In this document: in pieces, positions 37,646 through 49,574 of the stretch
Layout of the letters: the number at the start of each line of letters is the position of its first letter
Position numbering within the stretch: the stretch's first letter is position 1
From: Chiloscyllium plagiosum
Lineage: Eukaryota
Reading direction: 5' to 3'
Length of the DNA stretch: 63,761 nt
Assembly (NCBI RefSeq): GCF_004010195.1
Contig: NC_057710.1
Coordinates: forward strand, 35,632,869-35,696,629
Notes under the pieces: model-generated
The model's input: the letters and a program-made list of their open reading frames with translations, nothing else
What the model was told of the DNA's origin: nothing
Databases searched by the model: none
Translations under genes and position numbers: made by a program

Positions 37646-38569
37646 AAGAGAAAGATCCACCTCATTGTGAGGTAGAGATTTTCAAAAAATCACATCCCTT
37701 TATGTTGTTATGAGTTTGCAATGGGAAGTGCGCACTGATAGTCCACAAACTCACTATTCCACAAGCTGTCACAATTATGCAAATGCCAAATTTAAGCCAT
37801 CAAGATATACATTTTGTCTGATGAACTGCTGTTGATTAATTAAAGCAATACATGCAAGTTTTCATCATTAACAGAAACTTACTGTATTTCTATTGATTGT
37901 AAACACACATTCTTTCACAATTGGCTGAGAGAAAAATTGCTAAGCTATTAATATGCAAAATAAACTCTACACCTTTAAAACCCCAAGTGCATACTCATTC
38001 ACAAATAAGCTAGGTAAAAGAGAGATGATATGGCACAGATATTAATGAGTGGAAAAATATGGACATGAAATAAAAGGTTCTGAAGACCAGAAGTCTAGTA
38101 CACAACTGGAGAGTTATTTTTCATAGTCCTTTTGGTTTTAAAAGTGAGGATATGTCATTATCTGGAGAGTGGTAGTTATTCTTCATTTCAACAGCTAATC
38201 AGGTCTCTTTTTGCATCAGAATTCTTTCTTTCCAGCCCCTGGGTGTTGCTATGTATTCATTCACTCAGAGAGAAGGAAGAGAGGTGTTCTCTATTTGTCA
38301 GCACTGGATGTTTCTAGCTGCTCATAATTCTGTGGCGCACTGCAGTCTGACCCGTCCGAGGGCTGGTCGTCATCTGGCAGTTTATATTAACCCTAAAATT
38401 TCTGGTTGTGCTCTATCTCAGTAGTAACAATCTTGCTGCTCCAAAGGTAACATAGTCTTGTACATGTATTTGAATTTCAAGTTGCAAAACTCCCCTTGTA
38501 TTTTAGCTGTCCAGTAGTATCTAATTTCCATTCCAGCTTATAGTCCAAAAAGGAAAATAAAGAGATGTG

Positions 38570-39200
38570 GTCCTCACAATATGAAGAAATTTCCCCTCAT
38601 CTCAGTCTTAAATGATCACCCCTGTATTCTAAAAATGCAACCCCTTGTATTAGATTCCCTACAACATCTCAGTAATTACACTGTCAATCCTCTTCATAAC
38701 CTTGAGTGTCTCAATGAGATTGCCTTTAAGTTTTCTAGACTCCTGAGAACATGGGTCCAATTTATTCAATCCCTGCTTACAGGGCACCCTCTCTCAAACT
38801 AGTGAAATGCATCCCTCATTCAACATTGCACAGAATATTCCAGGTATGGTCTCACTGAAGACTGCTGCAACTGGAGTGAAATTTCATTATTGATGTACTC
38901 CAATCTCTTGTAATAACAGCAAAATGCCACTTGCTTTCTTAACTGCCTGTTATACCTACATGCTGACTTATTGTGTTTCTTTTATGAGTAAAACCAATCA
39001 TCTCTGAACATTCACATTTACAAGCTTCAGACCTTTTTAAAAAAGGACCGTTTCTAAGAAGGATTAAAAGATTATGACCAATTCCTTCACAGTTCTTTTG
39101 CTTCCCTCAATAACCCCCAATGCAGCTCACCGGATCCTATTCACTTTCAAATTTAAGTACAAACCACTTTCCTAATTCCAATGCTTTATAAATTTTGAGT
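38570..39200 (-). mobile_element. Degraded CR1 RT fragment
   Basis: tgaagaaatttcccctcatctcagtcttaaatg; cagaatattccaggtatggtctcac (reverse of VRPYLEYS). Confidence 0.7.
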
Positions 39201-39599
39201 GTCTCAACCTTCCTCCTCCTGATGTCAATGCTCTATTTCGTATTCAGCACAATCCATCTCCCTGTCAAATGATTTCAGTCACAACAGTTGGATATCATTG
39301 CACTCTTACATATTCTTTCACTTCTAACAGCACCCTTCACAGCTCAGCATAAAGCACCATTGATATCCTACAGCAATTTTGCTGAGAAACACACAAATCA
39401 CAGGCTTTGCCAATGTTTTTTTAAAGAGGTGTTTCAGGGGTTTGGAAAGTTAGAGGAAGTTGTAGCTTTCTGAGTCATCTGCCAGAAGGATTCATGTGGA
39501 TGTTTGTCAGTCAAAGGCGACTGTTAACTGATTCTCACAAAAACTGAAGGTCAGGCTGACTGGAAATCATTATGACCAACTAATGGTCCCATTGGCTGA

Positions 39600-39990
39600 T
39601 GATTCCAACAGCTTTCATTTATGAAGCATCTTTCACAACCTCAGGATAATCCCAGGAAGTGTAGTCACTGTTGCAATGTTGAAAACACTGCAACTAATTG
39701 CACACAATCTTCCACAAACAGTAATATGGTAATGATTCATCTACTTCTGTAATGTTGATTGAGGGACACATATTGACCAGGGACATCACTCCTAGTTTCT
39801 TCAAATAGTGCAGTCAGATCTTTCATATTCACTTTAGAAAGCTCCAATTTAAAGTCTTATCCAAAAGGCAGCACTTACCAACAGTTTAGCACTCCTTCAG
39901 TTTGGTGCTCTCATGAGGTTCTTCATAGAGCAGTCCCTGGAGTGGGACTGTGTCTCAGAGACAACAAGTCTAGCATCTACACCTCAGCTG
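39600..39990 (-). mobile_element. Deu-domain SINE (SacSINE1-like)
   Basis: gtgtagtcactgttgcaatg...gttgattgagggacacatattgaccagg...ctggagtgggact. Confidence 0.7.
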
Positions 39991-40563
39991 ACACTAAATA
40001 GATTGTACTTTTTTTTGTTTTCAATGTTGGTCATATAATTCATCTCACCCTTATATTGTCTGTCTTTGTAGCAAAATCTCTGGAAATCCATCCATGTCCG
40101 AGACTAACCATCATTCCTTTCTAAAATAGTCAGTCAACAATATAAAAAAAATTAAAAACTACAGATGTTGTAAAGCTACCATAAAACTGAATAATGCTAA
40201 GCTACAGGTAGAACAGTCAATATCTGCAACATAAGATGAATTATGACATTGCAGATATAATTCATCAAATAGCAGAAGCATATAGACACTTGGAACCTTG
40301 CAACCTTGCTAGGATGAACTTCAGTTGAATGGAGTAGAGACACATAAAGGTTTGGAATGGATTCTCCAGATAAGTTACCATCTTATCTGTAGTCATCCAT
40401 TAGTATTTCCCAGTGTCTGCACGTTACAATGCAGACTTGCACCTGTATGGTGAACAAGATTCAAGTTTCAGAAGGGAAACAAAGAATCTGAGAAAGTAAA
40501 TGACAAAGCAATTTCTGTTGTGTTGAAAGTGCTGTGCAGTTAATGTATTCATCATTATATGTG

Positions 40564-40781
40564 TCAAAAATCATTAGCCATCTCTGTACTAGCAGATGAT
40601 GATTTTCTATATTTTGGATATGATCCCGGACTTTGTGGAGGAGTTCTGGAGACAGAAGAAGATATCACAGTCTGTTTCTTATTGGAGCAGCTGCTCTTGT
40701 CTAGGCTTTTTCTTGGCTTGGTTTTAGACTTTAAAGCAACTAATTGTGTAAACTGCCCAGTCAACCTAGTTGTATACCACT
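40564..40781 (-). CDS. Candidate terminal coding exon of an unidentified antisense nested gene
   Basis: Acceptor gttttgtctgtgttataattttttttaag|; phase-1 frame (E)WYTTRLTGQFTQLVALKSKTKPRKSLDK...STEMANDF-stop; non-repeat sequence. Confidence 0.5.
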
Positions 40782-40939
40782 CTTAAAAAAAAATTATAAC
40801 ACAGACAAAACATATTAATTTTCAATTTGCTGTTGCTTGTTCTGCAAAACACCAAGCTTAAGGTTCTACAAACATGCCAACCACACACATCCTGTTCCCA
40901 CCCCCATCTTCCAAACATCATCAAAGTGCACAATTCAGC

Positions 40940-42585
40940 ATTTATTTCAATGCAAGAGACCTAACAGGGAAGGCAGATGAACCCAGGGCATGGTTAGGAA
41001 CATGGGACTGGGCTATCATAGCAATTAAGACCATAAGACATAGTCCATTCCGCCATTCAATCATGGCTGATGGGCATTTCAACTCCACTTACCTGCATTC
41101 TCCCCGTAGCCCTTAATTCCTTGTGACATCAAGAATTTATCAATCTCTGCCTTGAGGACAGTTAGCGTCCCGGCCTCCACTGCACTCTGCGGCAATTACA
41201 GAAACATGGCTCAGGGATGGAAAGCACTGGCAGCTTAAATGTTCCAGGATACAAATTTTACAGGAATGATAGAAAGGGAGGCAAGAGAGGAGGGGGAGTG
41301 GCATTTTTGATAAGGATAGCATTACAGCTGTACTAAGGGATGATATTCCCAGAAATACATCCAGGGAGGTTATTTGGGTAGAATTGAGAAATAAGAAAGA
41401 GATGATCACCTTATTGGGATTGTATGATAGACCCCTAATAGTCAGAGGGAAATTGAGAAACAAACTTGTAAGGAGATCTCAGCTATTTGTAAGAATAATA
41501 GGATGGTTATGGTAGGTGGATTTTAACTTTCCAAACATAGACTGGGACTGCCATAGTGTTAAAGGTTTAGATGGAGAGGAACTTGTTAAGAGTGCACAAG
41601 AAAATTTACTGATTCAGTATGTGGATGTACCTACTAGAGAAGGTGCAAAACATGACCTACTCTTGGGAAATAAGGCAGGGCAAGTGACTGAGGTGTCAGT
41701 GGGGGAGTACTTTTGGGTCAGCAGCCATAATTCTGTTAGTTTTAAAATAGTGATGGAGAAATCGAGTGAATCCTTAGAAGAGTATACAGTCAGTAGGAGT
41801 ATACTTAAGAGGGAAATCAGGAGGGCAAAAAGGGGACATGAGACAGCTTTGGTAAACAGAATTAAGGAGAATCCAAAGGGTTTTTACAATTACATGAAGG
41901 ACAAAAAGTTAGCTAGGGAGCCAAAAAGGCCCCTCAAAGATTAGCAAGGCAGCCTTTGTGTGGAGCTGCAGGAGATGAGGGAGAAACTAAATGAATATTT
42001 TGCATCAGTGTTTACAGTGGAGAAGGATATGGAAGATATGGAGATTTAGGTAGTGACATCTTGAAAAATGTCCATATTACAGAGGAGGAAGTGCTGGATG
42101 TCTTGAAATGCATAAAGGTGGATAAATCTCCAGGATCTGATCAGGTATACCCTAGAACTCTGCGGGAAGCTAGAGAAGTGATTGCTGGGGCTCTTGCTGA
42201 GATATTTGTATCATCGATAGTCACAGGGGAGGTGCGGAAGACTGGAGGTTGGCTAACGTGGTGCCACTGTTTAAGAAGGGTGGTAAGGACAAGCCAGGGA
42301 TCTATAGACCAGTGAGCCTGTCATCAGTGGTGGCAGGTTGTTGGAGGGAATTCTGAGGGACAGAATGTACATGTATTTGGAAATGCAAGGACTGATTAGG
42401 ATAGTCAACATGGCTTTGTGCGTGGGAAATCATGTTTCACAAACTTGATTGAGTTTTTGAAAAAGTAACAAAGAGGATTGATGAGGGCAAAGCGGTTGAT
42501 GTGATATATATGGACTTCAGTAAGGCGTTCGACAAGGTTCCCCATGGGAGACTGGTTAGTAAGGTTAGATCTCATGGAATAAATT
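40940..42585 (+). mobile_element. CR1 ORF2 (APE endonuclease plus RT N-terminal half), disrupted
   Basis: IYFNARDL, AITETWL, DFNFPNIDW, DKSPGSDQVYPRTLRE, YMDFSKAFDKVPHGRL; internal deletion near 41760; CR1 tail inserted at 41028-41191 with TSD gcaatta. Confidence 0.93.
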
Positions 42586-43260
42586 CTCTTGTAATGATGA
42601 AGAATATACTAATTGCCTTCCGAATTGCTTTCATTGACTGGTGTACAAGGACACCCAAATTCCCTTGTACATCCGTATTTTGCAATATATTATCATTTAA
42701 ATAATACTCTGCCTTTCTGTTTCTCACAGTGAAATGTGTAACTTCATTTTGATTCACATTGTACACAATCTACCATGCGGGAGAAAGTGAGGACTGCAGA
42801 TGCTGGAGATCAGAGCCAAAAAGGGTGATGCTGGAAAAGCACAGCCAGTCAGGCAGCACCTGAGGAGCAGGAGAATCAATGTTTCCAGTATAGGCTCTTA
42901 GCTGGAATGGTCCCACATTCTGGATATATTGACTGTCCTGCTCCTCGGATGCTGCCTGACCGGCTGTGTTTTTCCAGCACCACATTTTTGGACTACTGTC
43001 TACCATGGTTTTGCCTACACGCTCAAGTTGTCTAGATTCTGTACCGGTATGTTATCTCCAATCCCATGTTCTTTTGTTTTGCCCACTCGCCTCTTACGTG
43101 GGATCTTATCAAAAGACTTCTTGAAATCCAAATGCACCATATCCACTGGTTTGTCCTTATCGTTTCTTTAGTTAAATCCTTGAGAACACTCCAGTAGATT
43201 AGCTGAATATCATTTCCCTTTCATAAACCCATGCTGGCTTAGCTGTCCTGAACTATTTAG
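42586..43260 (-). mobile_element. Older CR1 RT fragment hosting a PLE foldback
   Basis: RKAEYYLNDNILQNTDVQGNLGVLVHQSMK; SQHGFMKGK. Confidence 0.8.
42778..42998 (-). mobile_element. PLE foldback insertion with 9-bp TSD
   Basis: Opposed pLTR halves gctggaaaagcacagccagtcaggcagca / tgctgcctgaccggctgtgtttttccagc; TSD tctaccatg (42769-42777 and 42999-43007). Confidence 0.85.
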
Positions 43261-43271
43261 CAAGTTCTCAC

Positions 43272-43403
43272 CATGGTAATTCAAATCCTGCCGTACAACA
43301 GATGGGCTTGTCACAAAAAAAGACTTGTAAGCTACTTTCTTTGTCTTCCATTCCTTAATCCAAAGAATGACTGCTGATGGATCTTGGTCAGGGAAGTTGC
43401 TGT
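43272..43403 (-). CDS. Candidate internal coding exon of an unidentified antisense nested gene
   Basis: Acceptor acttactgcccattttccattttgtcactccatag| and donor CATG|gtgaga; 132 bp, phase 1-1. The only open frame is SNFPDQDPSAVILWIKEWKTKKVAYKSFFVTSPSVVRQDLNYH. Confidence 0.55.
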
Positions 43404-43989
43404 CTATGGAGTGACAAAATGGAAAATGGGCAGTAAGTGGGTGGAATATATCATTGTACAATGGTTTGTGAGGTGCAGCTTAGCTGGTTTTAGCCAACTT
43501 GTGGGTTTGTATCAGTTGGCAGGTATGTGTAGGTGTGATGTCTGTGTGGACCATTGAGGGGTATTGAGCAGAGTACTCAATGTATTTATGATGTATTTTG
43601 TTGAATTCAAATGAGTTTCATCACAAATAATATAAAATGTGGACTGATATGTATAATATTTATCCTTCAAACCTATTGTTTTTTTCTATTACATGAAACT
43701 TTCATGATCTTAAAGGATTTAAAATGGGGCAAAATCACTGGTTTAAAATGACCACAGACATCACCTCTTATATAGGTTAGCCAAGCTTTATGAAACCAGC
43801 ATGGATTAAAAAGAAGTCAGTTAAATATGAAATTAAAATGTTTCCTAAGGGCTATGGAACCAGCCAGTAAGCTCTCCTGAGAGGTATGAAAATGTTCTCA
43901 TCTCCACTTGGTTTTCACCAAAGTGGGAATCTTCACGTGTTGCAGATAGAGCCTTGTCTACAAATATGAAGCTTGAAAACATTAATTAC

Positions 43990-44040
43990 ACAGACACAGA
44001 ATGCACAGACACAGAATACGCAGGCACAGAATACACAGAC
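43990..44040 (+). repeat. 16-bp tandem repeat, about 3 copies
   Basis: cacagacacagaatg / cacagacacagaata / cgcaggcacagaata / cacagac. Confidence 0.75.
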
Positions 44041-44529
44041 AAGTTGCTTTCTCAAGGAGGCCCTTGCTAGCAAAGGAGAGGAGATAGATTTTTGGCTACA
44101 GGACTGAACAAGGCTGGAGAAGACTCTCTCTCTGCCTCTTATGAAGAAACATCCAGTAGCTATAAAGAACATCAGGAAGCTGCAGACTGAATTAACTGCA
44201 ATATTCACCACTACTGATAGTCAAGACAACGAAGCAACTGTGATTTCATGTTAAAACCCGTAAGCCTCAAGAATCCCCAGGAACTGTAAATAATTTTATC
44301 TTCTTTTTATAATGGACACTATCTCTTTTTAACTTTTTACATCTATGTATGCATGCATCTATCTCTTTGTGGGCCTAAGTTAAACTGTAAAAAGCTATAT
44401 GCTTAATATTGTCTTTATTAATTTTATTGAGATTTAAAGGTAATAAATCTGTTCTTTATTAATGTAACAAAACTTTGTAATTGGTTGCTTATTATTACAG
44501 TAAAAATTAGTTAACTATATTTTAATTTG

Positions 44530-44815
44530 ACATTACCTTCCAAATCCGTAACCACTCCCATCTAGAAGGTCTAGGGCAGCAGATGCTTAGGAACACCACC
44601 ACCTGTAAGTCGCCCTCAAAGCACTCAACATCCTGACTTGGAAATATATCATTGTCAAAATCTCAATCTCCCTCCTTACGGGCATTGGGGGGTATGCACT
44701 AGACACATGGACTACAGTGGTTCAAGAAAACAGCTCACCACCACCTTCTGAAGGATAACTAGTTGTATACAATAAATGTTTGCCCAGCCAGTGACACCCA
44801 AATGCTGTGAGTGAA
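44530..44815 (+). mobile_element. CR1-group (L2B/Crack-like) LINE 3' tail
   Basis: Matches 37360-37640 (gggaacaccaccacctg...catcctgacttggaaatata...cagctcaccaccaccttc). Confidence 0.75.
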
Positions 44816-45680
44816 TTAAGAAAGTTGAGGAGAGACAAAGCTATATGTTAAGAAGGAACTGAAATCTTTGCTGCAACCAACCAGGAGCTTTTAAAAGCAG
44901 GGAGTCAATTCACCCCTCCTTACCTGACTGTAACATTATTGACAATATTGTGTGTGTGTGTGCTGACCTTTGCATCACAGGTACATAGCACTTTGCCATG
45001 GAGTATGATAGAACAAATGCTGAGGTATGGACTGTTATTCTGGCAGCATCTCACATTGGATCCAGCAAGCTTGAATTTGATTAAAATATCCGGAATAAAA
45101 AATCTAAGGAATGATGGTAGCCATGAAACCATTGTCAAGTGTTGTAAAAACTTATCTGGTTCACTTACGTCTTTTCAGAAATGAAATTTGCCTTCCTTAC
45201 CTGGTCTAGCCTACATGTGACTCGAGACCCACAGGAATATGGTTGACTTTTATTAGATTAGATTAGATTAAATTAGGACAACAATGTTGGCCTCGCCAGT
45301 GATGTACACATCTTAAATATGAATTTAAGTAGGACAAGCTGGATGGAATGCTTAATTGATTCCCATAATCTTGAGGGATTTCTAACATGTGGTCGTATAC
45401 TGTTGGTCCACATACAGCCTCCTTACCTGTGATTCCCAAGGTCCTGTATTTGTGTCTACCTGTATAGGGCTGTGTCTACCCTCCCTTCTCTGAAGAGTAC
45501 TTATCACAGCTGCCCAGGTGACTGCCACCCATCCCTCTCCCTTGCTCCCTAATACTATCCCATCTCCTAGCACCATCCTATTCACTCTTCATACTGAGAT
45601 GTTTGTATCTACAATTGTATACCATGCATTTTTCAAGTGTTTGTAGAGATCCCACCTACCCCAGAATAAGCCCCCATTAA

Positions 45681-45960
45681 TCAAGTATCTGAATCCCTCC
45701 CTCCTTCATAGCCCTGTAGCCACGCGTTCAACTCCTTGCTCTCCCTGTTCCTTGCCTTGCTAGCATGTGGTACGGGTGACAAAGCAATGATAACAACTCT
45801 GTTTGTTCTAGCTCTAAGCTTCCACCCTAGCTCCCTGAATTTCTGCCTTACATCCCCATTACTTTTCCAATGTATGTCGTTGGTGCCTATGTAGACCACA
45901 ACTTGGGGCTGCTCCTCCTCTCCCTTAAGGATCCTGAAAACATGACCCGAGACATCACAG
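45681..45960 (-). mobile_element. CR1 ORF1 SGNH-esterase domain fragment
   Basis: VFRILKGEEEQPQVVVYIGTNDI...FRELGWKLRARTNRVVI...LNAWLQGY (GxND block of the CR1 ORF1 esterase). Confidence 0.85.
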
Positions 45961-46340
45961 ACCTTGATGTTCAAAAGAAGATGTTCAAAATCAAAAATGA
46001 CTACGTGAGGAGAAATATTTCCAATGTCAGTAAGGTTGTGTCGGGGCACAGGTTTAACCTGCCTAGCCCAGCACATATTTTATAGATGCTGGCTTATTTT
46101 AAACATTTATAACGCAGGAAGAATTTTTCTTTTGATTTCCTGCTGTCTACTCTTTAACGAGCAAGATTAAAGGTCAGAGGTTAGATGAGAACATTTTTTT
46201 ATGCAGTGAAGTATTATGATCTGAAAGACGAATGAGAGAAAATTCAATTGTACTGAAATCTTCAAAATGTTGAAGGACAAATTCTTGAGGGGGAGGACAT
46301 TGCAGGGAAAGTGCATGGGAAGGGGATTAATTGTAAAATA

Positions 46341-46612
46341 ATAGAATCCTTACAGTGTGAAAGTAGGCCATCAAGTCCATACCAACCCTTCAAACCCACC
46401 TTGCATGGTTAATCCACCTAGTCTGTAAACCCCAGACATTACAGGGCAATTTAGCATGGCTAATCCACCTAACCTGCACATCTTTAGGCTGTGGAAGGAC
46501 ACCCATACAGACACAGAGAGAATGTTCAAACTCTACACAGACAGTCACTCAAGGCTGGAATCAAACCCAGGTCCCTGGTGCTGTGAGCAGTGCTCACCAC
46601 CAGGTCACTCTA
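46341..46612 (-). mobile_element. HE1-type SINE inserted in a CR1 tail
   Basis: atagaatccttacagtgtgaaagtaggcc...ccctggtgctgtgagcagtgctcaccac. Confidence 0.8.
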
Positions 46613-46789
46613 CCAGCCTTATTGGATAACTCTTTCACAGATATGGACACAATGGACTGGACAATCCCTATGTGTGTTGTCAGGTTCTTTGATTCTCTGA
46701 AATCTAATAACGCTTTGTGAATGGATTCTTAAAGCTTTTCAAATGGAACTTACAATCACATTGTTAAATGGACTGTGACAGCAGTCGGC

Positions 46790-46990
46790 CGGGTGCAGCT
46801 ACACACTGAGCCAGCAGCTTGTGAGTCGAAGTCCGTGATAGACTAGGATGCAGTACAGTGCAATATTGTGTTGTAGCAGTTAAGATATTAAACTGTGGCT
46901 TTGTCTGCCTGTTCAGGTGGGATGTAAAAAAACCATGGATTTATTTGAAGAACAACATTAAACTGGGGCACTATATTCAAATGCATTCAT
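46790..46990 (+). mobile_element. Deu-domain SINE fragment
   Basis: taagatattaaactgtggctttgtctgcctgttcaggtgggatgtaaaa...ccatgg..ttatttgaagaa. Confidence 0.55.
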
Positions 46991-47909
46991 TCCTTGCAAG
47001 TCAGGAGTACATTGGGTGAGTGGCTTTCAGGAACTGCAATGGTTTCCAACCCTATTCAAGATCACCAGCTGCATCCAAGTGCTGACAACAGGTAACCTCA
47101 TGGTTCCACATCACTGCAGGTCCACCTACAGATTAAACAGGAAAGGTAGAAGTTCCTGTTTCCCAGGAATGGCAGAGGAGTCCTTCTCGTCAGGCTGAGT
47201 GACCTGGTCGGAGATCACAGTGAGGGCTAATGTTTGTCTGACTCACTCTAGAACCCTGGTACTGTGCAGGAGGAGGATGGGCTGCACTCCAGAAGGATAA
47301 GTGGTACAATGCAGTCCCTGGGAAGTGACATTCAGAATGGCAGCAGACAGTGCAAGCGTGTGAGTGCAGAGAGCTATCTGAAAGGAATTTGGGTTATTGG
47401 CTTCACTATCAGATGTAATGTGTATTCTGAATGTGTGGGAACTAATTTCTGCTGTGAAAGTTGTACAAGCTGGCGGAGTTTGGGAGGCAAGGTTAAAGGC
47501 CAGGGGTTAGATGAGAAAGCTTTATATTGAGCACTTCCTGGAGAAGGCTCAGGAGCTTCCAGTGGCAGGCCTGATCAGAATGGTCCTGAGCCCATTGGGA
47601 TGACACCTCAGCATTCTATCTAGTCTACTGAAGAAAACCATTCAATAGATGGGAACAGAACCAGCCTGGAAGTGAGGTCCTGGACATTGGAATGCTTAGC
47701 CGAAGAGGTGGCAGTGAACGAGTTATCTAGGACAGAGACAGAGCCTGTAGTAATGACCATCCTGCATTCACTCATCCATAGATGGTGTCTCCAATCTGCT
47801 GCTGGCAAATGAACTTATTGGAGTAACACCGGAAGCAAGACTGAGAAAATTGTGTACAACCATCAGCCAACTTTTCCTGTTCTCCACTGCTTGTTCTCGC
47901 AGCAAATTG

Positions 47910-48227
47910 CGGGCAGCATGGTGGCTCAGTGGTTAGCACTGCTGCCCCACAGCACCAGGGTCCCAGGTTCGATTCCAGCCTCAGATGACTGTGTGGAGTT
48001 TGCACAATCTCCCCGTGTCTGTGTGGGTTTCCTCCGGATGCTCTGGTTTCCTCCCACAGTCCAAAGATGTACAGATCAGGTGAATTGACCATGCTAAATT
48101 GCCCATAATGTTAGGTATGTTAATCAATGGGAAATGGGTCTGGGTGGGTTACTCTTCAGAGGGCCGATGTGGACTTGTTGGGCCGAAGGGCCAGTTTCCA
48201 CACTGTAGGGAATCTAATCTAATCTAA
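47910..48227 (+). mobile_element. HE1-type tRNA SINE
   Basis: ggtggctcagtggttagcactgctg...ggttcgattcc; tail (aatct)n. Confidence 0.9.
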
Positions 48228-48859
48228 TTCTAAACTCCAAAGCTGATGTCCGGTTCCACCTCTACCTCAGACACTACCTCTGAGGATGATGACTCCGAAC
48301 TCTCTGAGGATACAAGTTGATGTGTGCCCTTCCCCAGCTGAGAGACATTCACCTCGGTGGATTCACTTTCCAGAATGGGCTTGGAGTCACTGTCTGGTGA
48401 GCTGATTTGATTTATTGTTGTCACATGTACCTAGGTGAAGTGAAAAGTTTTGTTTTGCATGCAGTACAGGCAGATCACAGCATACAAGGACATATAGATC
48501 AGAGAGTGTATAGACAGAGCACGGCACACAAAGTTATGGCTGCACAGGAAGTGTACATTAATATTAACATACAGATCAACGTTAGATTTGAAATTTGAGA
48601 GCTCCATTCAGCAGTGTAACCACAGTGGGGAAGAAACTATTCTTGAAACTGTTAATACGTGTGTTCAGGCTTCTGTATCTTCTGCCTGATGGAGGAGGTT
48701 GGAAGAGATTATAACCAGGCTGGGAAGGGTCTTTGATGATATTGGCTGCTTCTCCATGGCAATGAGAAGAATAGTGATGGTCTGGGCTTTGTCCACAACT
48801 TTCTGTAGCAGTTGCCGTACCAAGCCGTCATCCACCCAGACAGAAAGCTTTCCGTGGTT

Positions 48860-49201
48860 CATAGAATCCCTACAGTGTGAAAGAAGGCTATTCTGCTCAT
48901 TGAGCTCACACAGACTCTCTGAAGAGCATCCGAACCAGACCCACCTCCCTACCCTATCCCTGTAACCCTGCATATCCCATGGCTAAATCACTTAACCTAC
49001 GCATCCGTGGACACTATGAGACAATTTAGCATGGCCAATCCACCTGACCTACATATCTTTGGACTGTGGGAGGAAACTGAAGCACCTGATGCAAACCCAC
49101 ACAGACATGGGGAGAAGGGGCAAACTCCTCACAGACAGTCACCTAAGGCTGGAATTGAACCCGGGTCCCAGGTGCTGTGAGGCAGCAGTGCTAACCACTG
49201 T
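48860..49201 (-). mobile_element. HE1-type tRNA SINE
   Basis: catagaatccctacagtgtg...gtgaggcagcagtgctaaccactg. Confidence 0.9.
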
Positions 49202-49260
49202 AAAAATTGTTGTGTCCTTATGAACATGCTGAATTTCTTTAGCCTCCTGATGAAGAAGAG

Positions 49261-49574
49261 ATTAGATTAGATTAGATTACAGTGTGGAAACAGGCCCTTC
49301 GGCCCAACAAGTCCACACCGACCCGCCGAAGCGCAACCCAGCCATACCCCTACATTTGCCTCTTACCTAACACCACGGGCAATTTAGCATGGCCAATTCA
49401 CCTGACCCACACATCTTTGGACTTTGGGAGGAAACCGGAGCACCCAGAGGAAACCCACACAGACACGGGGAGAATGTGCAAACGCCACACAGTCATTCGC
49501 CTGAGGCGGAATTGAACCCAGGTCTCTGGCGCGGTGAGGCAGCAGTGCTAACCACCATGCCACCGTGCCACCCC
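49261..49574 (-). mobile_element. HE1-type tRNA SINE (young)
   Basis: (attag)n tail, cagtgtggaaacaggcccttcggcccaacaag...taaccaccatgccaccgtgccaccc. Confidence 0.92.

Noticed and set aside
20199-37734. 14-bp motif tgcgcacttcccat (20199-20212) inverted at 37721-37734
   Set aside because: Similarity does not extend beyond 14 bp, and several such matches are expected by chance in 64 kb.
43700-44520. Possible solo LTR (AATAAA and AT-rich U5-like end)
   Set aside because: No TG...CA termini, TSD or partner LTR could be defined.
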